64,000 nucleotides of DNA from an uncultured delta proteobacterium (GTDB lineage Bacteria; Myxococcota_A; UBA9160; SMWR01): the NCBI GenBank assembly GCA_963832165.1, contig CAWHTE010000003.1:576001-640000 (forward strand), read 5' to 3'. Below the pieces are notes generated by a model. That model searched no databases, was not told the origin of the DNA, and worked only from the letters and a program-made list of their open reading frames with translations. A program made the position numbers and the translations under genes. Every line of letters starts with the position of its first letter. Position 1 is the first letter of the stretch. This document shows positions 41,026 through 50,887 of this stretch, piece after piece.

Positions 41026-43896
41026 ATGGCCGTCGAGAGGTTGCGGAGGACTCTGCGCGCGCAACGCGCGCTGTTGGCGGTCGGGCTCTCCGTCCTCACG
41101 GCTTCGAGCGGCATTCCCGCTCGGGCACAGACCGCCTCGGATCTCGATTGCTCGAAGGTGCTCAAGGCGATCCCCGACCAGTTTCCCGCCTGGAGCGACG
41201 GGAGCAGTGGTTGGGAGGACCCCTCCCACTATTCGACCATCCAGCTTGCGGACATCGACGGCGACGGACAGGCCGAGCTGCTGGCCCGTGGGCCCGCTGG
41301 CATTCTGGTCAATCACTTCGACGTGGCCACCGGCGTGTGGATTGCCCGGAAGCCCGGCCCGCCCCTCAGCGATGAGAACGGGTTCGACCAGCCACAGTAC
41401 TACTCGACGATCCAGACCGGCGACATCGACGGGGGTCATGCTCGGCAAGCCGAACTGATCGTGAGAGACAGCCTCGGACTCGAGACGTGGGCCTATGAGG
41501 AGGGCACGGACACGTGGAAGCAGCTCGGCACCTCCGGTGGCCCCTTCCCGCCCACCGACAACGGGACCAGCCCGCCGACCAACTGGGCGCTCGCTCCGTA
41601 CTACACGACCATCCAGATCGCGGACATCGACGGCACTCCGGGAGCCGAGCTGATCGGGCGTTCGACCGAAGGCATCCAGACGTATCGCTGGAATGGGGCG
41701 ACGAATACGTGGGACCGGCTGGGCAGCGGAGCTGGCCCGTTCGCCGACGGCGACGCGACGACACCTTGGTACGCCGCTCCCTACTACACGACCATCCAGC
41801 TCGCGAACGTCGACGGCGCCGGGGGAGCGGAGCTGATCGGGCGCGGATCCCACGGCATCCAGGTGTTCGAGTGGAACGCCTCCTCGAACTCGTGGGATCT
41901 TCTCGGAAGCAGCGTCGGTCCCTTCGGCGACGACGACGACGGCGGATGGTTTCGTCCCGAGAACTATTCGACCATCCAGCTTGGGAACCTCGACGGCGGC
42001 GAGCGGGCCGAGCTCTTGGGACGCAGCGACGATGGGATTCTGGCCTACCGCTGGGACGTGCAGAATCACACGTGGACTCAGCTCGGAAGCCAGAGCCGTC
42101 CCTTCGGCGACCGCACCTGGGCCTCCCCCGAGTACTACTCGACCATCCAGGTGGCCGACGTGGATGGGGACAGCGTAGACGAGCTGATCGGGCGCGGATC
42201 CGGCGGACTCGTTGTCTTGCGGAGGGGGCCCGGCGACTTCTCTGACTGGACCCAGGTCGCGACTCTGCCGTCGATGAGCGACGACGAGGGTTGGGCGCTG
42301 CCGCAGTCCTACCTGACCATCCAGAGCGCCGATGTCGATGGTCGGGACGGAGTCGAGATCCTGGGCAAGGCGAACGACGGGATCGAGACCTGGAGATACG
42401 GCGGTTCCGCGTTCGCAGCGACCCTGGTCCGCGCCTTTGCGGCGTTCACGGGCGGCCAGTTCGCGGCCTATCAGGAGATCAGCGAACGACTCTCGAAGCC
42501 GGGAGGACTGGTCCCGGAGAACAACAACGACGTCCGTTCCCATTACACCAACGCGGCCAACACGTCCGAGAGTTGGGACACAGCCGCGGCTGCTGCCCTG
42601 GCCCTGGTGGGCACGCCGCCTTCGAGCGGTATCTCGCAGAGCGACTGGGACGCAGTCGCCGCGCAGCTCGGCAGCGAGCTCGTGAACGTGCACTTCACCT
42701 ACGTCTGGTTCGACAACCTCGACGACCTCCAGACCAGGATCGTGGAGGACAATGACGGCACGGTGGATCTGGTCCAGGGCTATCTGGCCATCCCTTCCGA
42801 CGTCCATACCCCCGCGATTCTGAGCATCCTCAATCTCGTGTTCAATTTCGTATCGGCCCTCGCCAAGACGGTGCCCGGCGCACCGGAGCTCAACTTTGCG
42901 GGTTCGGTCGCGGGCCTGGTGTCCACCAGCTACTCGGCGGCGCTGGCCGCTTCGGGGAGCCCCCCCAACATCCAGGCGGAGCTCGTGGAGCTGCAGCAGC
43001 AGATCATCGACCGGCGCGTGCAAGCGCAGGAGAGCACAGCTTGTCTCGAGATCGCCTTCCTCCAGAACAGCGGCCTGCTGACGGCCCTCGGACAGGCGAT
43101 CGAGTCCGGAGCGCTCGCTTGGGACAAGACGGACAACCCGGCCATGGCGGCTCGCGCTCGCGTGGGATACGAGGTCTCGATCTGGCAGGCCCTGACGCCA
43201 CTGCACTGGATCGTCGACTGCAACTCTGAAACGGTTCGCTGCAACTGTGGCGGCGACCCGCCGAGCCCCTATCCGGACGAGCCGGACGGCGCTCCCCTCA
43301 TCTACACGAGCCCGCCGACCCTAGGCTTCAAGACAGTGGCGTGGATCCACGAGGCGCCGCTAGGCGCCTGCGAGATCATCCCCGCCAAGGACACGTTCGA
43401 CCACCTGTTCCACGCTCCCGATGATGCGAACCCCGGAAATCTGGAGGTGTCGCTAGAAGACGTCCACTGCGGCTTCAACGGCTGGCACATCCCGGGATCG
43501 ATCGGCAACGCGTGCGTGGGCGACCCTCTCGGCGCCACCGCGCACCAGCTGAAGAAGAAGAATCTCGCCGCGCGCGCGCAGATCCAGGCCTTGATCGGCC
43601 GGGTGAAGTCCGACGTAAAGGACAAGGCGACGCAGGCGAATCTGATCGAGTCGCTGCATCAGGCAAGCGCTCTTCTGCAGGAGACGCGCGAGGTGAGCGG
43701 GACCTCTCTTACCCAGCTCGCCGAGCTGTCGCTGCAGGGGTTCATCCTGCAAGTGAAGGCGCACTCGGGCGAGGCGATCCGGGTCGACCGAGCGCAAAAG
43801 CACATCGCGCTCGCTCACGACATCCGAGAGCTACTCACCGTACCACCCGCGAGCGTCGTGCTGGGCTCGGACCTCGCACACCAGAAGAACCCGTAA
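41026..43896 (+). CDS. Secreted FG-GAP/VCBS-like repeat protein with helical, Cys-rich and FIMAH-like C-terminal regions
   Basis: Signal peptide; seven repeats of YYxTIQxADIDGxxxAELIGR; C-terminal LQGFILQVKAHSGEAI. Confidence 0.75.
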   Translation: MAVERLRRTLRAQRALLAVGLSVLTASSGIPARAQTASDLDCSKVLKAIPDQFPAWSDGSSGWEDPSHYSTIQLADIDGDGQAELLARGPAGILVNHFDVATGVWIARKPGPPLSDENGFDQPQYYSTIQTGDIDGGHARQAELIVRDSLGLETWAYEEGTDTWKQLGTSGGPFPPTDNGTSPPTNWALAPYYTTIQIADIDGTPGAELIGRSTEGIQTYRWNGATNTWDRLGSGAGPFADGDATTPWYAAPYYTTIQLANVDGAGGAELIGRGSHGIQVFEWNASSNSWDLLGSSVGPFGDDDDGGWFRPENYSTIQLGNLDGGERAELLGRSDDGILAYRWDVQNHTWTQLGSQSRPFGDRTWASPEYYSTIQVADVDGDSVDELIGRGSGGLVVLRRGPGDFSDWTQVATLPSMSDDEGWALPQSYLTIQSADVDGRDGVEILGKANDGIETWRYGGSAFAATLVRAFAAFTGGQFAAYQEISERLSKPGGLVPENNNDVRSHYTNAANTSESWDTAAAAALALVGTPPSSGISQSDWDAVAAQLGSELVNVHFTYVWFDNLDDLQTRIVEDNDGTVDLVQGYLAIPSDVHTPAILSILNLVFNFVSALAKTVPGAPELNFAGSVAGLVSTSYSAALAASGSPPNIQAELVELQQQIIDRRVQAQESTACLEIAFLQNSGLLTALGQAIESGALAWDKTDNPAMAARARVGYEVSIWQALTPLHWIVDCNSETVRCNCGGDPPSPYPDEPDGAPLIYTSPPTLGFKTVAWIHEAPLGACEIIPAKDTFDHLFHAPDDANPGNLEVSLEDVHCGFNGWHIPGSIGNACVGDPLGATAHQLKKKNLAARAQIQALIGRVKSDVKDKATQANLIESLHQASALLQETREVSGTSLTQLAELSLQGFILQVKAHSGEAIRVDRAQKHIALAHDIRELLTVPPASVVLGSDLAHQKNP

Positions 43897-43918
43897 ACTC
43901 AGCTGTGAACGCGGTCGA

Positions 43919-44557
43919 TCAGAAGTGGAACCCGGCGCCGACGCCGACGTGGTGCGTAGAGAGCTCCGGTTCGATATCGGCGCCTTGAACCTCGAACTCT
44001 GGTTCGACGTAGGTGTACCGGTACTGGGCAAAGAGCGAGACCAGCGGGGTCACCTGGAAGTTCAGACCGGCGTGGGCGTCGAGGCCGACCTCGACGGTTT
44101 CATCGTCGCCGGCTGTGTCGAAGTCGACGATCGAGACGAAGATGCCGGGCCCGATGCCCATGAATGGCTGGACGCGGCCATTCGGGAACTCCTCGCTCGT
44201 GACGAGGGGCGCGCGCAGCATGAGCAGCGGCGAGATCGGGATGACGTCGATCTCGGGACCGCCGACCGTGTCGTCATCGGGCGCGAAGTACGACACGTCC
44301 CCTGCGACGCCCAGCCACGGCAGGGGATCGAACCAGTATCCGCCCCGAATGCCGCCGTTCGGGGAATCCTCGTACTCGGTGGAGAACTCGAAGGACGGAG
44401 CGTTGCCCGGGGGGTCGACCTCGACATCGTTGTCTTCCGTGAACGAGCCTCCAACGCGCAAGTCGACGAATCCCTCGCCGCGCGCGGCGTTCGACGCCGT
44501 GAGAACGACTAACACGAGCGTCGCGACCAGGCACGCGATCGGTGCGGTTCGATCCAT
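43919..44557 (-). CDS. Outer membrane beta-barrel protein (OmpA/OmpW-like)
   Basis: Signal peptide, alternating beta strands, terminal Phe (GAGFHF). Confidence 0.8.
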   Translation of the reverse strand: MDRTAPIACLVATLVLVVLTASNAARGEGFVDLRVGGSFTEDNDVEVDPPGNAPSFEFSTEYEDSPNGGIRGGYWFDPLPWLGVAGDVSYFAPDDDTVGGPEIDVIPISPLLMLRAPLVTSEEFPNGRVQPFMGIGPGIFVSIVDFDTAGDDETVEVGLDAHAGLNFQVTPLVSLFAQYRYTYVEPEFEVQGADIEPELSTHHVGVGAGFHF

Positions 44558-44940
44558 GCGATCACCCCTCTGAATAGGAGACGACAGCGTAATGGGATCG
44601 CCGCTCGGGTCAATCGTACTCGCGATCTCATTTTGTGATCGCGCGCACGGGGTTTGACCTACAGAACCTTCGCCGTAGAGACGGTGAACTAATATCGCGT
44701 TGTGCTTCGACGCCGAACGGCGCCCGGTGCTCTACCAACTGAGCGCACAGCGTGGCCGATCGCGGCCGGTTTGCTCGCAGATTGCTCACACCGTAAGACA
44801 GGCACGCAGTACCGAGCAGGCTCGCATTCCCCGCGACGCGATGCTGTTGCGCCCCCGCGGGACCCCGAGGCCCCTTCCCCCAAGAATGCTTGTCTCCGCG
44901 CCCGGAGAGGACTAGAGCTGGAGGTAACGGAGGAAACGAC

Positions 44941-46207
44941 ATGGCGCGCAACGCTCGGCCCTTTCTCGTCGGTGTGGGCTTCGTGCTCTCGACAGCCATC
45001 GCGGCGGTCGCGGCGCATCTCCACCTGATCCAGTACACGGGCACCGGCACCGACCACCTCGGCGCGGCGTGTGCGTTCGGCGACGTCACTGGGGACGGCG
45101 TCCCCGACATCGTGGTCGGCACGGACGGCGGCGACTACGTCGACGTCTACGACAGCGCGAACCCGGCCTCCCAGATCTACCACTTCACGGGCGGGCCGGG
45201 TGACGCGTTCGGGAGCGCCCTCGCGACGGGCGACCTCAACGGGGACAGCATCGACGACGTGGTCGTCGGGGCCTACAGCTGGGACGGCCCGGCCGGTGGT
45301 GACCAAGCTACGTGCAGGCGTACGGCGGTGCAAACGGCGCGTTCCTCTTCCGGCTCCAGGGCGTGAAGCTCACCGACACCTTCGGCGCATCGGTCGCGGT
45401 TCGCACCTCGACGGTGACGGGAAGGGCGAGCTGCTCGTCGGCGCGCCGTTCGCCGACAAGCGCGGCACCAACAACAATAACGGCTACGTGAAGCTCTTCG
45501 ACGGCGCAACCCTTACCGAGCTGTTTCGCTGGGATGGGCCCGAGGCGTATGACGAGATGGGGCGCAGCGTCGCCTTCGGTGACGTAAACGGAGACAGTCA
45601 GGCGGACATCATCCTCGGCGCGAGCAGTGGGAACCGCACCGACTATGGCGGCTACGTCTGGGTCATGAACGGGCTCGCCTTCGGACAGCGCCTCTTCAGC
45701 TTCACGGACGGAAAGGCACACGTGAAGCCGGAGCAGAACTTCGGCTTCGCCGTGGCGTCCGGCGACGTGAACGGCGACGGCAACTCCGACGTGATCGTCG
45801 GCGCCTATCGTGGCCAGAGCGGTCTGCTGCGCACGGATCCCGCCACCGGCTACATCCGTGTCTTCAGCGGTGCGACTGGCGCGCGGCTCTATCAGGTGAA
45901 CAGCGATTTCAACGGCGAGCAGTTCGGGCGCGCCGTGGCCGCAGCGGACCTCACCGGTGACGGCAGAGCGGACATCGTCGGCGGGGCCCGCTGGGGTGCG
46001 ACCGGCGGACACGTCCTCGTAATCGACGGCCCCACGGGCACCGTCATCGACCGGCAGGACGCGAACGTCGACTTCGAGTGGCTCGGTGCCTCGGTCGCGG
46101 CGACCGACGGCGGCGCGAACGGCACGCCCCGCTTCGCGGCGGGTGCCTACCAAGGCGACTCGCGCTCGCCGAACCCGGGCGGCTACGTGCGTGTCTGGGA
46201 TTTCTGA
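44941..46207 (+). CDS. FG-GAP (integrin-alpha-like) beta-propeller protein; two -1 frameshifts (~45307, ~45401)
   Basis: Repeats FGxA...GDVNGDGxxDVIVGA; GGAGG RBS; the intermediate frame reads YVQAYGGANGAFLFRLQG...FGASVA. Confidence 0.8.
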
Positions 46208-46356
46208 GGCCCGCTGCCGGGGAATGCAGGACACGCCGTAACGACGGCACACGGAAGTCCGAGCTGCCGACGGGTTCGTGTTCTCCGCGATAACGCGGCG
46301 GACCCCGACACCGGCGATCCCTACGCGCTGCCGGACTCTCGAGTCGGATTTAGTAC

Positions 46357-46406
46357 AGTCCCGCGTCGGGCCGTTAGCTCAGTTGGTAGAGCACCGGACT
46401 TTTAAT
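46357..46406 (+). repeat. attL: 5' half of tRNA-Lys (to just past the anticodon loop) plus 11-nt leader
   Basis: Matches 57039-57088 at 49/50 nt (42 nt perfect); diverges after CTTTTAAT. Confidence 0.95.
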
Positions 46407-46499
46407 GGGTTTTCAGGTTCGCGGATTTCGCTGCTAGTTAACTAGCTTGCGGACTTAGGCCGTTTCTTCGGAGGGGCCGGGAGCACCTCGGAGGAGCGA

Positions 46500-46521
46500 A
46501 GTCCCACCGTAGTCCCCTCAT
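46500..46521 (+). repeat. Putative integrase arm-type site (left)
   Basis: AGTCCCACCGTAGTCCCCTCAT, 20/22 identical to 56965-56986. Confidence 0.7.
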
Positions 46522-47006
46522 TTCAATTCCCGTAGGCGTGCATCGTTTGCGCGCGCATCGGCGATGCCTCGCTTGATCGAGCGTGCGTGCTGAGTGGTGC
46601 TCACGCCCGTGTGGATCGGCGGGCCGTTGAACCGCGGACGACGCTTGAATTCGGCCCGCTCTGCGGCGAGGCGATTCTTGACGCCCTTGGCGCTGTTCGG
46701 CTCGGCCGTGAGTGCGCTGACCGTCTTTGCGATCGCGCGGTGGCGTGCCGCATCGGTGATGCCTGGGATCATGCTCAGGACCGCGAAGAGGTCGTGCTCG
46801 AGGTACGAGCCCCGACGCCGCGGCCGACCGCCAGATACCTCTACCTGGGCCTTCAAGGCGGGGTCGGCCTCGCGATCGAGGTGCTCGCGGATCACCTGGC
46901 GGACCAGGCCGCGGATGCTCTCGTTCATCGGGAGCTGGAACACCGCGAGCTGATCCAGCTCGGGGTCGGGCGCACACGGGCGCTGGAGCTCGTTCACCTC
47001 TGCCAT
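46518..47006 (-). CDS. Hypothetical protein, the only leftward gene of the element
   Basis: 162-aa ORF divergent from the main operon. Confidence 0.5.
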   Translation of the reverse strand: MAEVNELQRPCAPDPELDQLAVFQLPMNESIRGLVRQVIREHLDREADPALKAQVEVSGGRPRRRGSYLEHDLFAVLSMIPGITDAARHRAIAKTVSALTAEPNSAKGVKNRLAAERAEFKRRPRFNGPPIHTGVSTTQHARSIKRGIADARANDARLRELK

Positions 47007-47103
47007 CGTCGGAACGGTAGCGGAGAGCCCCCGAGGAGCCTGAGAGAACCGAGAGACTTTCTGTCATCTAGGGGGACGACGATTCCTGGCCGATCGTGCA
47101 GCA

Positions 47104-47463
47104 ATGGCACTCGATCCGGCTGTCACGACTCCCCGATGGAAACCGCTCAAGGTGCTCGCGCGCGAGACCGGAATCCATCCGCGCCAGCTTCGCCGTGCTG
47201 TTCAACGCGGAGAGCTGGATCACGCACGACCTGGCGCTCGAGTCGTGCTCTCCACCAACTCCGCCGTCGATGCGTGGCTACGCCGGCATCGAGTGCCGAT
47301 CTCGCCGTCAGCGGAAGCGCGGGCCGAGCGCATCGCGGAATCGCTCGCGGCCAGCGAGCCACCAGCGAGCCGTAGAAAAAGCAACGGCCAGGGTTGCCGC
47401 CCCAGCCGTCACGAAAGGAAGAGATCAGGTGAGAACAGAACCCTATCGCCGCCGTCCAGATAA
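47104..47463 (+). CDS. Excisionase/AlpA-like HTH DNA-binding protein
   Basis: LKVLARETGIHPRQLRRAVQRGEL...PGAR...AVDAWL. Confidence 0.6.
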   Translation: MALDPAVTTPRWKPLKVLARETGIHPRQLRRAVQRGELDHARPGARVVLSTNSAVDAWLRRHRVPISPSAEARAERIAESLAASEPPASRRKSNGQGCRPSRHERKRSGENRTLSPPSR

Positions 47464-47617
47464 GCAAGTCGGCCTCGTTTTGTTGAAGCCCATCCTCGAG
47501 CAAGTACTTCTCGAGCTCGGCTGTCGCTTCGAAGGCCCTGTGCGAGATGGTGTCGAGAAACATCTGTCGCACGCGCTCGACGTGACGCTCGACATAATCG
47601 AGGACGCGGCAGCGTGA
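47429..47617 (+). CDS. Small hypothetical protein
   Basis: GTG after AAAGGA; GTGA coupling to the Prim-Pol gene. Confidence 0.5.
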   Translation: MRTEPYRRRPDKQVGLVLLKPILEQVLLELGCRFEGPVRDGVEKHLSHALDVTLDIIEDAAA

Positions 47618-48456
47618 GCGCGCACCTGGACGTTGCTCTCGAGTATGCGTCCCGCGGCTGGCGGGTGTTCCCCATCGTCCCATGCACGAAGCGGCCCGCT
47701 ACGCGGAATGGTGTAGACGATGCCACGACGGACCCGTCGATCATCACCGGATGGTGGCGCCAAGCGTCGCAAGCTGGCGTGGCGATCGCCGCGGGAGCCG
47801 CGAGCAATCTCGTGGTGCTCGACATCGACCCCCGCGCTGGCGGTGACGAGTCGTTGATCGAGCTCGAGGAGAGGCTCGGACCTCTTCCCGAGACTCCGAT
47901 CTCGCTCACGGGTGGCGGCGGCACGCACTACCTGTTCGCGCATCCCGGTGGCCTCGTGCGGAATCGCACCGCGCTCGGTGGCTTCTCGGGAATCGACCTC
48001 AAAGCAGACGACGGCTACATCGTCGCGCCGCCCAGCATCCATCCAAACGGTCGCACCTATGCGTGGAACGTGATGTCACACCCGGCCGACGTGCCGCTCG
48101 CCGCGTGCCCTGCGTCGATTGTGAAGCTGGCCACCGAGAGTCGGGAGCCGCGTCGCGCGAGCTATGCGGGCTCGGCCTGGGACGGGAAGATCCCGGCGCG
48201 GGTTCGCCAGCTCCTGCGCACGGATGCCAGCGTGCGGTTCCGCTTCCGCCGATCAACGCATCGGCTACGGGATACGTCACCGTCTGGGGTCGATTTCGCT
48301 CTCGCCGCGGCGCTCGCGTATCGCAGTATGCGCGGTGCCGAGATCGAGGCGGCGATCCGCGCCAGTCGTGCCCAGGCGAACCTCCCCGAACGCCCCCCGT
48401 CCTACTACCTCGCCACCGTCGGTAAGGCGCTCGGAGCGGCGGCGCATGCAGCATGA
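47614..48456 (+). CDS. Bifunctional DNA primase/polymerase (Prim-Pol)
   Basis: GWRVFP, ATTD, LVVLDID, TGGGGTHYLF, GIDLKADDGYIVAPPSIHPNG. Confidence 0.92.
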   Translation: MSAHLDVALEYASRGWRVFPIVPCTKRPATRNGVDDATTDPSIITGWWRQASQAGVAIAAGAASNLVVLDIDPRAGGDESLIELEERLGPLPETPISLTGGGGTHYLFAHPGGLVRNRTALGGFSGIDLKADDGYIVAPPSIHPNGRTYAWNVMSHPADVPLAACPASIVKLATESREPRRASYAGSAWDGKIPARVRQLLRTDASVRFRFRRSTHRLRDTSPSGVDFALAAALAYRSMRGAEIEAAIRASRAQANLPERPPSYYLATVGKALGAAAHAA

Positions 48457-49537
48457 CCTCGCAGACGACGACAACGTCGTCGAGCTCGAGCGCCCGCGGT
48501 TCATCGCCGCGTGCGACGTGAAGGTGAAGGCTGTGCAGTGGCTTTGGAACCAGTACCTACCGCTCGGGAAGATCAGCATCCTCGAGGGCGATCCAGGGCT
48601 CGCGAAGACGACCATTGCGCTCGACATTGCGGCGCGCGTCACCGCGGGTAAACCGATGCCCGACGGTTCTGCGTGTGAGCGCGGGTCCGTCGTGTTTATC
48701 GGATATGAGGACGACCATGCCGACACGATCGTCCCCCGGTTTCGCGCGGCTGGCGGCGATGACAAGCGGTTCTTCCTGCTGCTGAGCGTCTACGGCCCAG
48801 AAGGACCGCGCCCGATCACGATCCCCGATGATGTCGAGCACCTCCGCGATGTCGTGCAGCAGGTGAAGGCGAAGCTGCTCATCATCGACCCGTTGATGGC
48901 CGCGCTCGCGGGCGACGTAAAAACCAACGTGGATCATCACGTCCGCCGTGCGCTCGCACCGATCAAAGAGCTGGCCGAGGAGAACAACACCGCGGTCCTG
49001 TTCATCCGTCACTGGAACAAGAACGCCCAGATCGACAACCTCAAGTATCGCGGCGGCGGCTCGATTGCATTTACCGGCGCGTCGCGTGCCGGCTTTGCAG
49101 TAGCGGAAGATCCCGAGGACCCGACCGCGCGGCTGCTGATTCCGGTGAAGAACAACCTGGCGCCGGCGATCGCAACCCGACCGCTGCGCTACCGGGTCGT
49201 CACAGACGAAGAGCACCAGACCGCTGCGATCGAGTGGCTCGGCGCAGTCGATGCCCAGCAGATCGCCGAGTCGATGCGGATGAAGGGCCCAGCCGATACG
49301 ACCGCGATCGGCGAAGCGGTCGCGCATCTGCACGAGCTGCTCGCGAACGGCCCCGTGCTCGCGACCGAGGCCGAACGGTATCTGAAGGGTGCGGGCTGCT
49401 CGGCATCCACGATCAAGCGCGCCACGAAGAAAGCCAAGGTGCGGAAGCGCCCGCGGAAGGATGAGCACGGTGTGCCGCACTGGTGGTGGGAGCTACCGGC
49501 CGGAACGAAGACATCCACGCAAGGGGCTCAATCATGA
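48446..49537 (+). CDS. RepA/AAA_25-type helicase
   Basis: WLW...PLGK, Walker A GDPGLAKT, Walker B LLIIDP, HWNK, GSIAF, KNN. Confidence 0.88.
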   Translation: MQHDLADDDNVVELERPRFIAACDVKVKAVQWLWNQYLPLGKISILEGDPGLAKTTIALDIAARVTAGKPMPDGSACERGSVVFIGYEDDHADTIVPRFRAAGGDDKRFFLLLSVYGPEGPRPITIPDDVEHLRDVVQQVKAKLLIIDPLMAALAGDVKTNVDHHVRRALAPIKELAEENNTAVLFIRHWNKNAQIDNLKYRGGGSIAFTGASRAGFAVAEDPEDPTARLLIPVKNNLAPAIATRPLRYRVVTDEEHQTAAIEWLGAVDAQQIAESMRMKGPADTTAIGEAVAHLHELLANGPVLATEAERYLKGAGCSASTIKRATKKAKVRKRPRKDEHGVPHWWWELPAGTKTSTQGAQS

Positions 49538-49616
49538 ACCACCACTTTGTTGCTCTTCTTGGTCTTCTTGAACTGGTTCAAGGGGAGCAAGAGGTTCAAG
49601 AATACCAGTGGTTCAA
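49535..49616. repeat. Iteron-like 9-bp periodic inverted array; putative replication origin
   Basis: (C)TTG units on the left and CAAG units on the right around the central palindrome CTTGAAC-TG-GTTCAAG; outer IR TGAACCAC/GTGGTTCA. Confidence 0.6.
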
Positions 49617-49809
49617 CATGACAGGCGTTGGCGTGTTCGCCGCCGCGTCCGTGTCCACTCGCTCGAGCCGATCTCGAGCGTCGATTCGCGCACCGGGCCG
49701 TGATCTAACCGGAATGCCCGATTCCCCCCGCATCGGTTCTGGAGTCCGAGGTTCACCCGAGGTTTCTCAATGGTTTGCGCCGACGATGGTGGGGATCTGA
49801 GGTGATTCG

Positions 49810-50331
49810 ATGAGAAAGGACCAGCCGCACAAGCTCGAAACACGCGCTCGCCTCAGCGTGCTCGGCAAGGCCGACCGTGCGCGCCGCGCCGACATCGCGC
49901 GGATCGCGCCGTGGGAGCTCACCGAGGCGATCCGCCGCGGGACCGTGCCAGAGCATCGGCGGGCGTACCTGTCTGCCGCGGCCGAGCTGGGGCTCGCGCT
50001 CGTCAATGACCTGGGCGGTCTGGATCAACTCTCCGCGGCGAGGCTCGCGCTCGTCAAGGGTGTGGAGCGATGCGAGCTCCCGATCGCGATGCTCGTGGTC
50101 CGGCTCGCGCAGAGCGACACGATCGACGGGGATCTCGTCTCGAAGCTCACCAGTCTGCTCAACGCGCAGCGCGCAAACCTGCTCGCCCTTGGCTTGGATC
50201 GCGTCGAACACGACGCCATGACGCTGACGCAGTACGTCGCCGCGCAGGATCGCGCCAGCCGCGCGAACGGCAGCACGGCCGACTCGCAGCCCGCGGACGC
50301 GGAGATCAACGCACAGGAGCGCAGCGAATGA
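49810..50331 (+). CDS. Putative terminase small subunit-like protein
   Basis: Helical, DLGG...LS; ends ...RANLLALGLDR; first gene of the packaging operon. Confidence 0.45.
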   Translation: MRKDQPHKLETRARLSVLGKADRARRADIARIAPWELTEAIRRGTVPEHRRAYLSAAAELGLALVNDLGGLDQLSAARLALVKGVERCELPIAMLVVRLAQSDTIDGDLVSKLTSLLNAQRANLLALGLDRVEHDAMTLTQYVAAQDRASRANGSTADSQPADAEINAQERSE

Positions 50332-50744
50332 ACTTCCGAATGGCCGTGGAGACGCGAAACGTGTTGCTCAATGTCCTGCGCGACCGGATCGACGCCGGTG
50401 AGGACTGCGGCGTGCTCAAGTTCTACTCGGGGCCGCAGCCTGACACGGCCGATCGAGAGCTATCGGCCTCGAACAAGTTGCTTGCCCTGCTCAAGTTCGC
50501 GCACCGATCTGCGGCCGACGCGGCCGATGGCACGATCTCATTCCTCGTTTCCCAGGCACCCGCGTGGGCAAAGGGCAAGTCCAGCTTCGCCCGCATCGAG
50601 GATTCAGCGGGCCACGTCGTATTCGACTGCGATGTGGGCGATTTCGGCTCGGGCGCGACGATCGAGGTGGTTGACGGCGTGGAGACGGTCGCAGGCGCTC
50701 CCGTTCGATTGCATTCGTTCGTGGTCCGCATTCCGGTGAGATGA
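50328..50744 (+). CDS. Probable virion structural (minor tail/decoration-type) protein
   Basis: RN...LKFYSGPQPDTAD...FARIEDSAG..VFDCDVG..GSGA pattern, recalled from small beta-rich phage proteins; ATGA coupling. Confidence 0.5.
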   Translation: MNFRMAVETRNVLLNVLRDRIDAGEDCGVLKFYSGPQPDTADRELSASNKLLALLKFAHRSAADAADGTISFLVSQAPAWAKGKSSFARIEDSAGHVVFDCDVGDFGSGATIEVVDGVETVAGAPVRLHSFVVRIPVR

Positions 50745-50887
50745 AGCACACAAAGGAGATCGACATGAGTTTCACCTACCACGCCGCAGCGGGGGCAACC
50801 ATTCGCCCGCCCGTCCGAATCATCACCGTGGTCGCCACCTTCGCGTTCACCGCGAGTGCTGGGGCTCAGCACGGGGGAGCGCGATGA
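50741..50887 (+). CDS. 48-aa small protein not in the ORF track
   Basis: MKHTKEIDMSFTYHAAAGATIRPPVRIITVVATFAFTASAGAQHGGAR*; ATGA overlaps at both ends. Confidence 0.5.
   Translation: MKHTKEIDMSFTYHAAAGATIRPPVRIITVVATFAFTASAGAQHGGAR

Noticed and set aside
46368..46406. Second tRNA-Lys gene
   Set aside because: Only the 5' 39 nt are present, with no T arm or acceptor 3' strand; it is the att fragment
49483..49800. 105-aa ORF after the helicase
   Set aside because: Its LLGLLELVQGEQEVQE pattern simply reflects the 9-bp DNA repeats of the ori-like array
49720..49800. cos/pac packaging site upstream of the TerS-like gene
   Set aside because: The position is suggestive and there is a short CCGAGGTT repeat, but no recognisable consensus; cannot be supported from sequence alone
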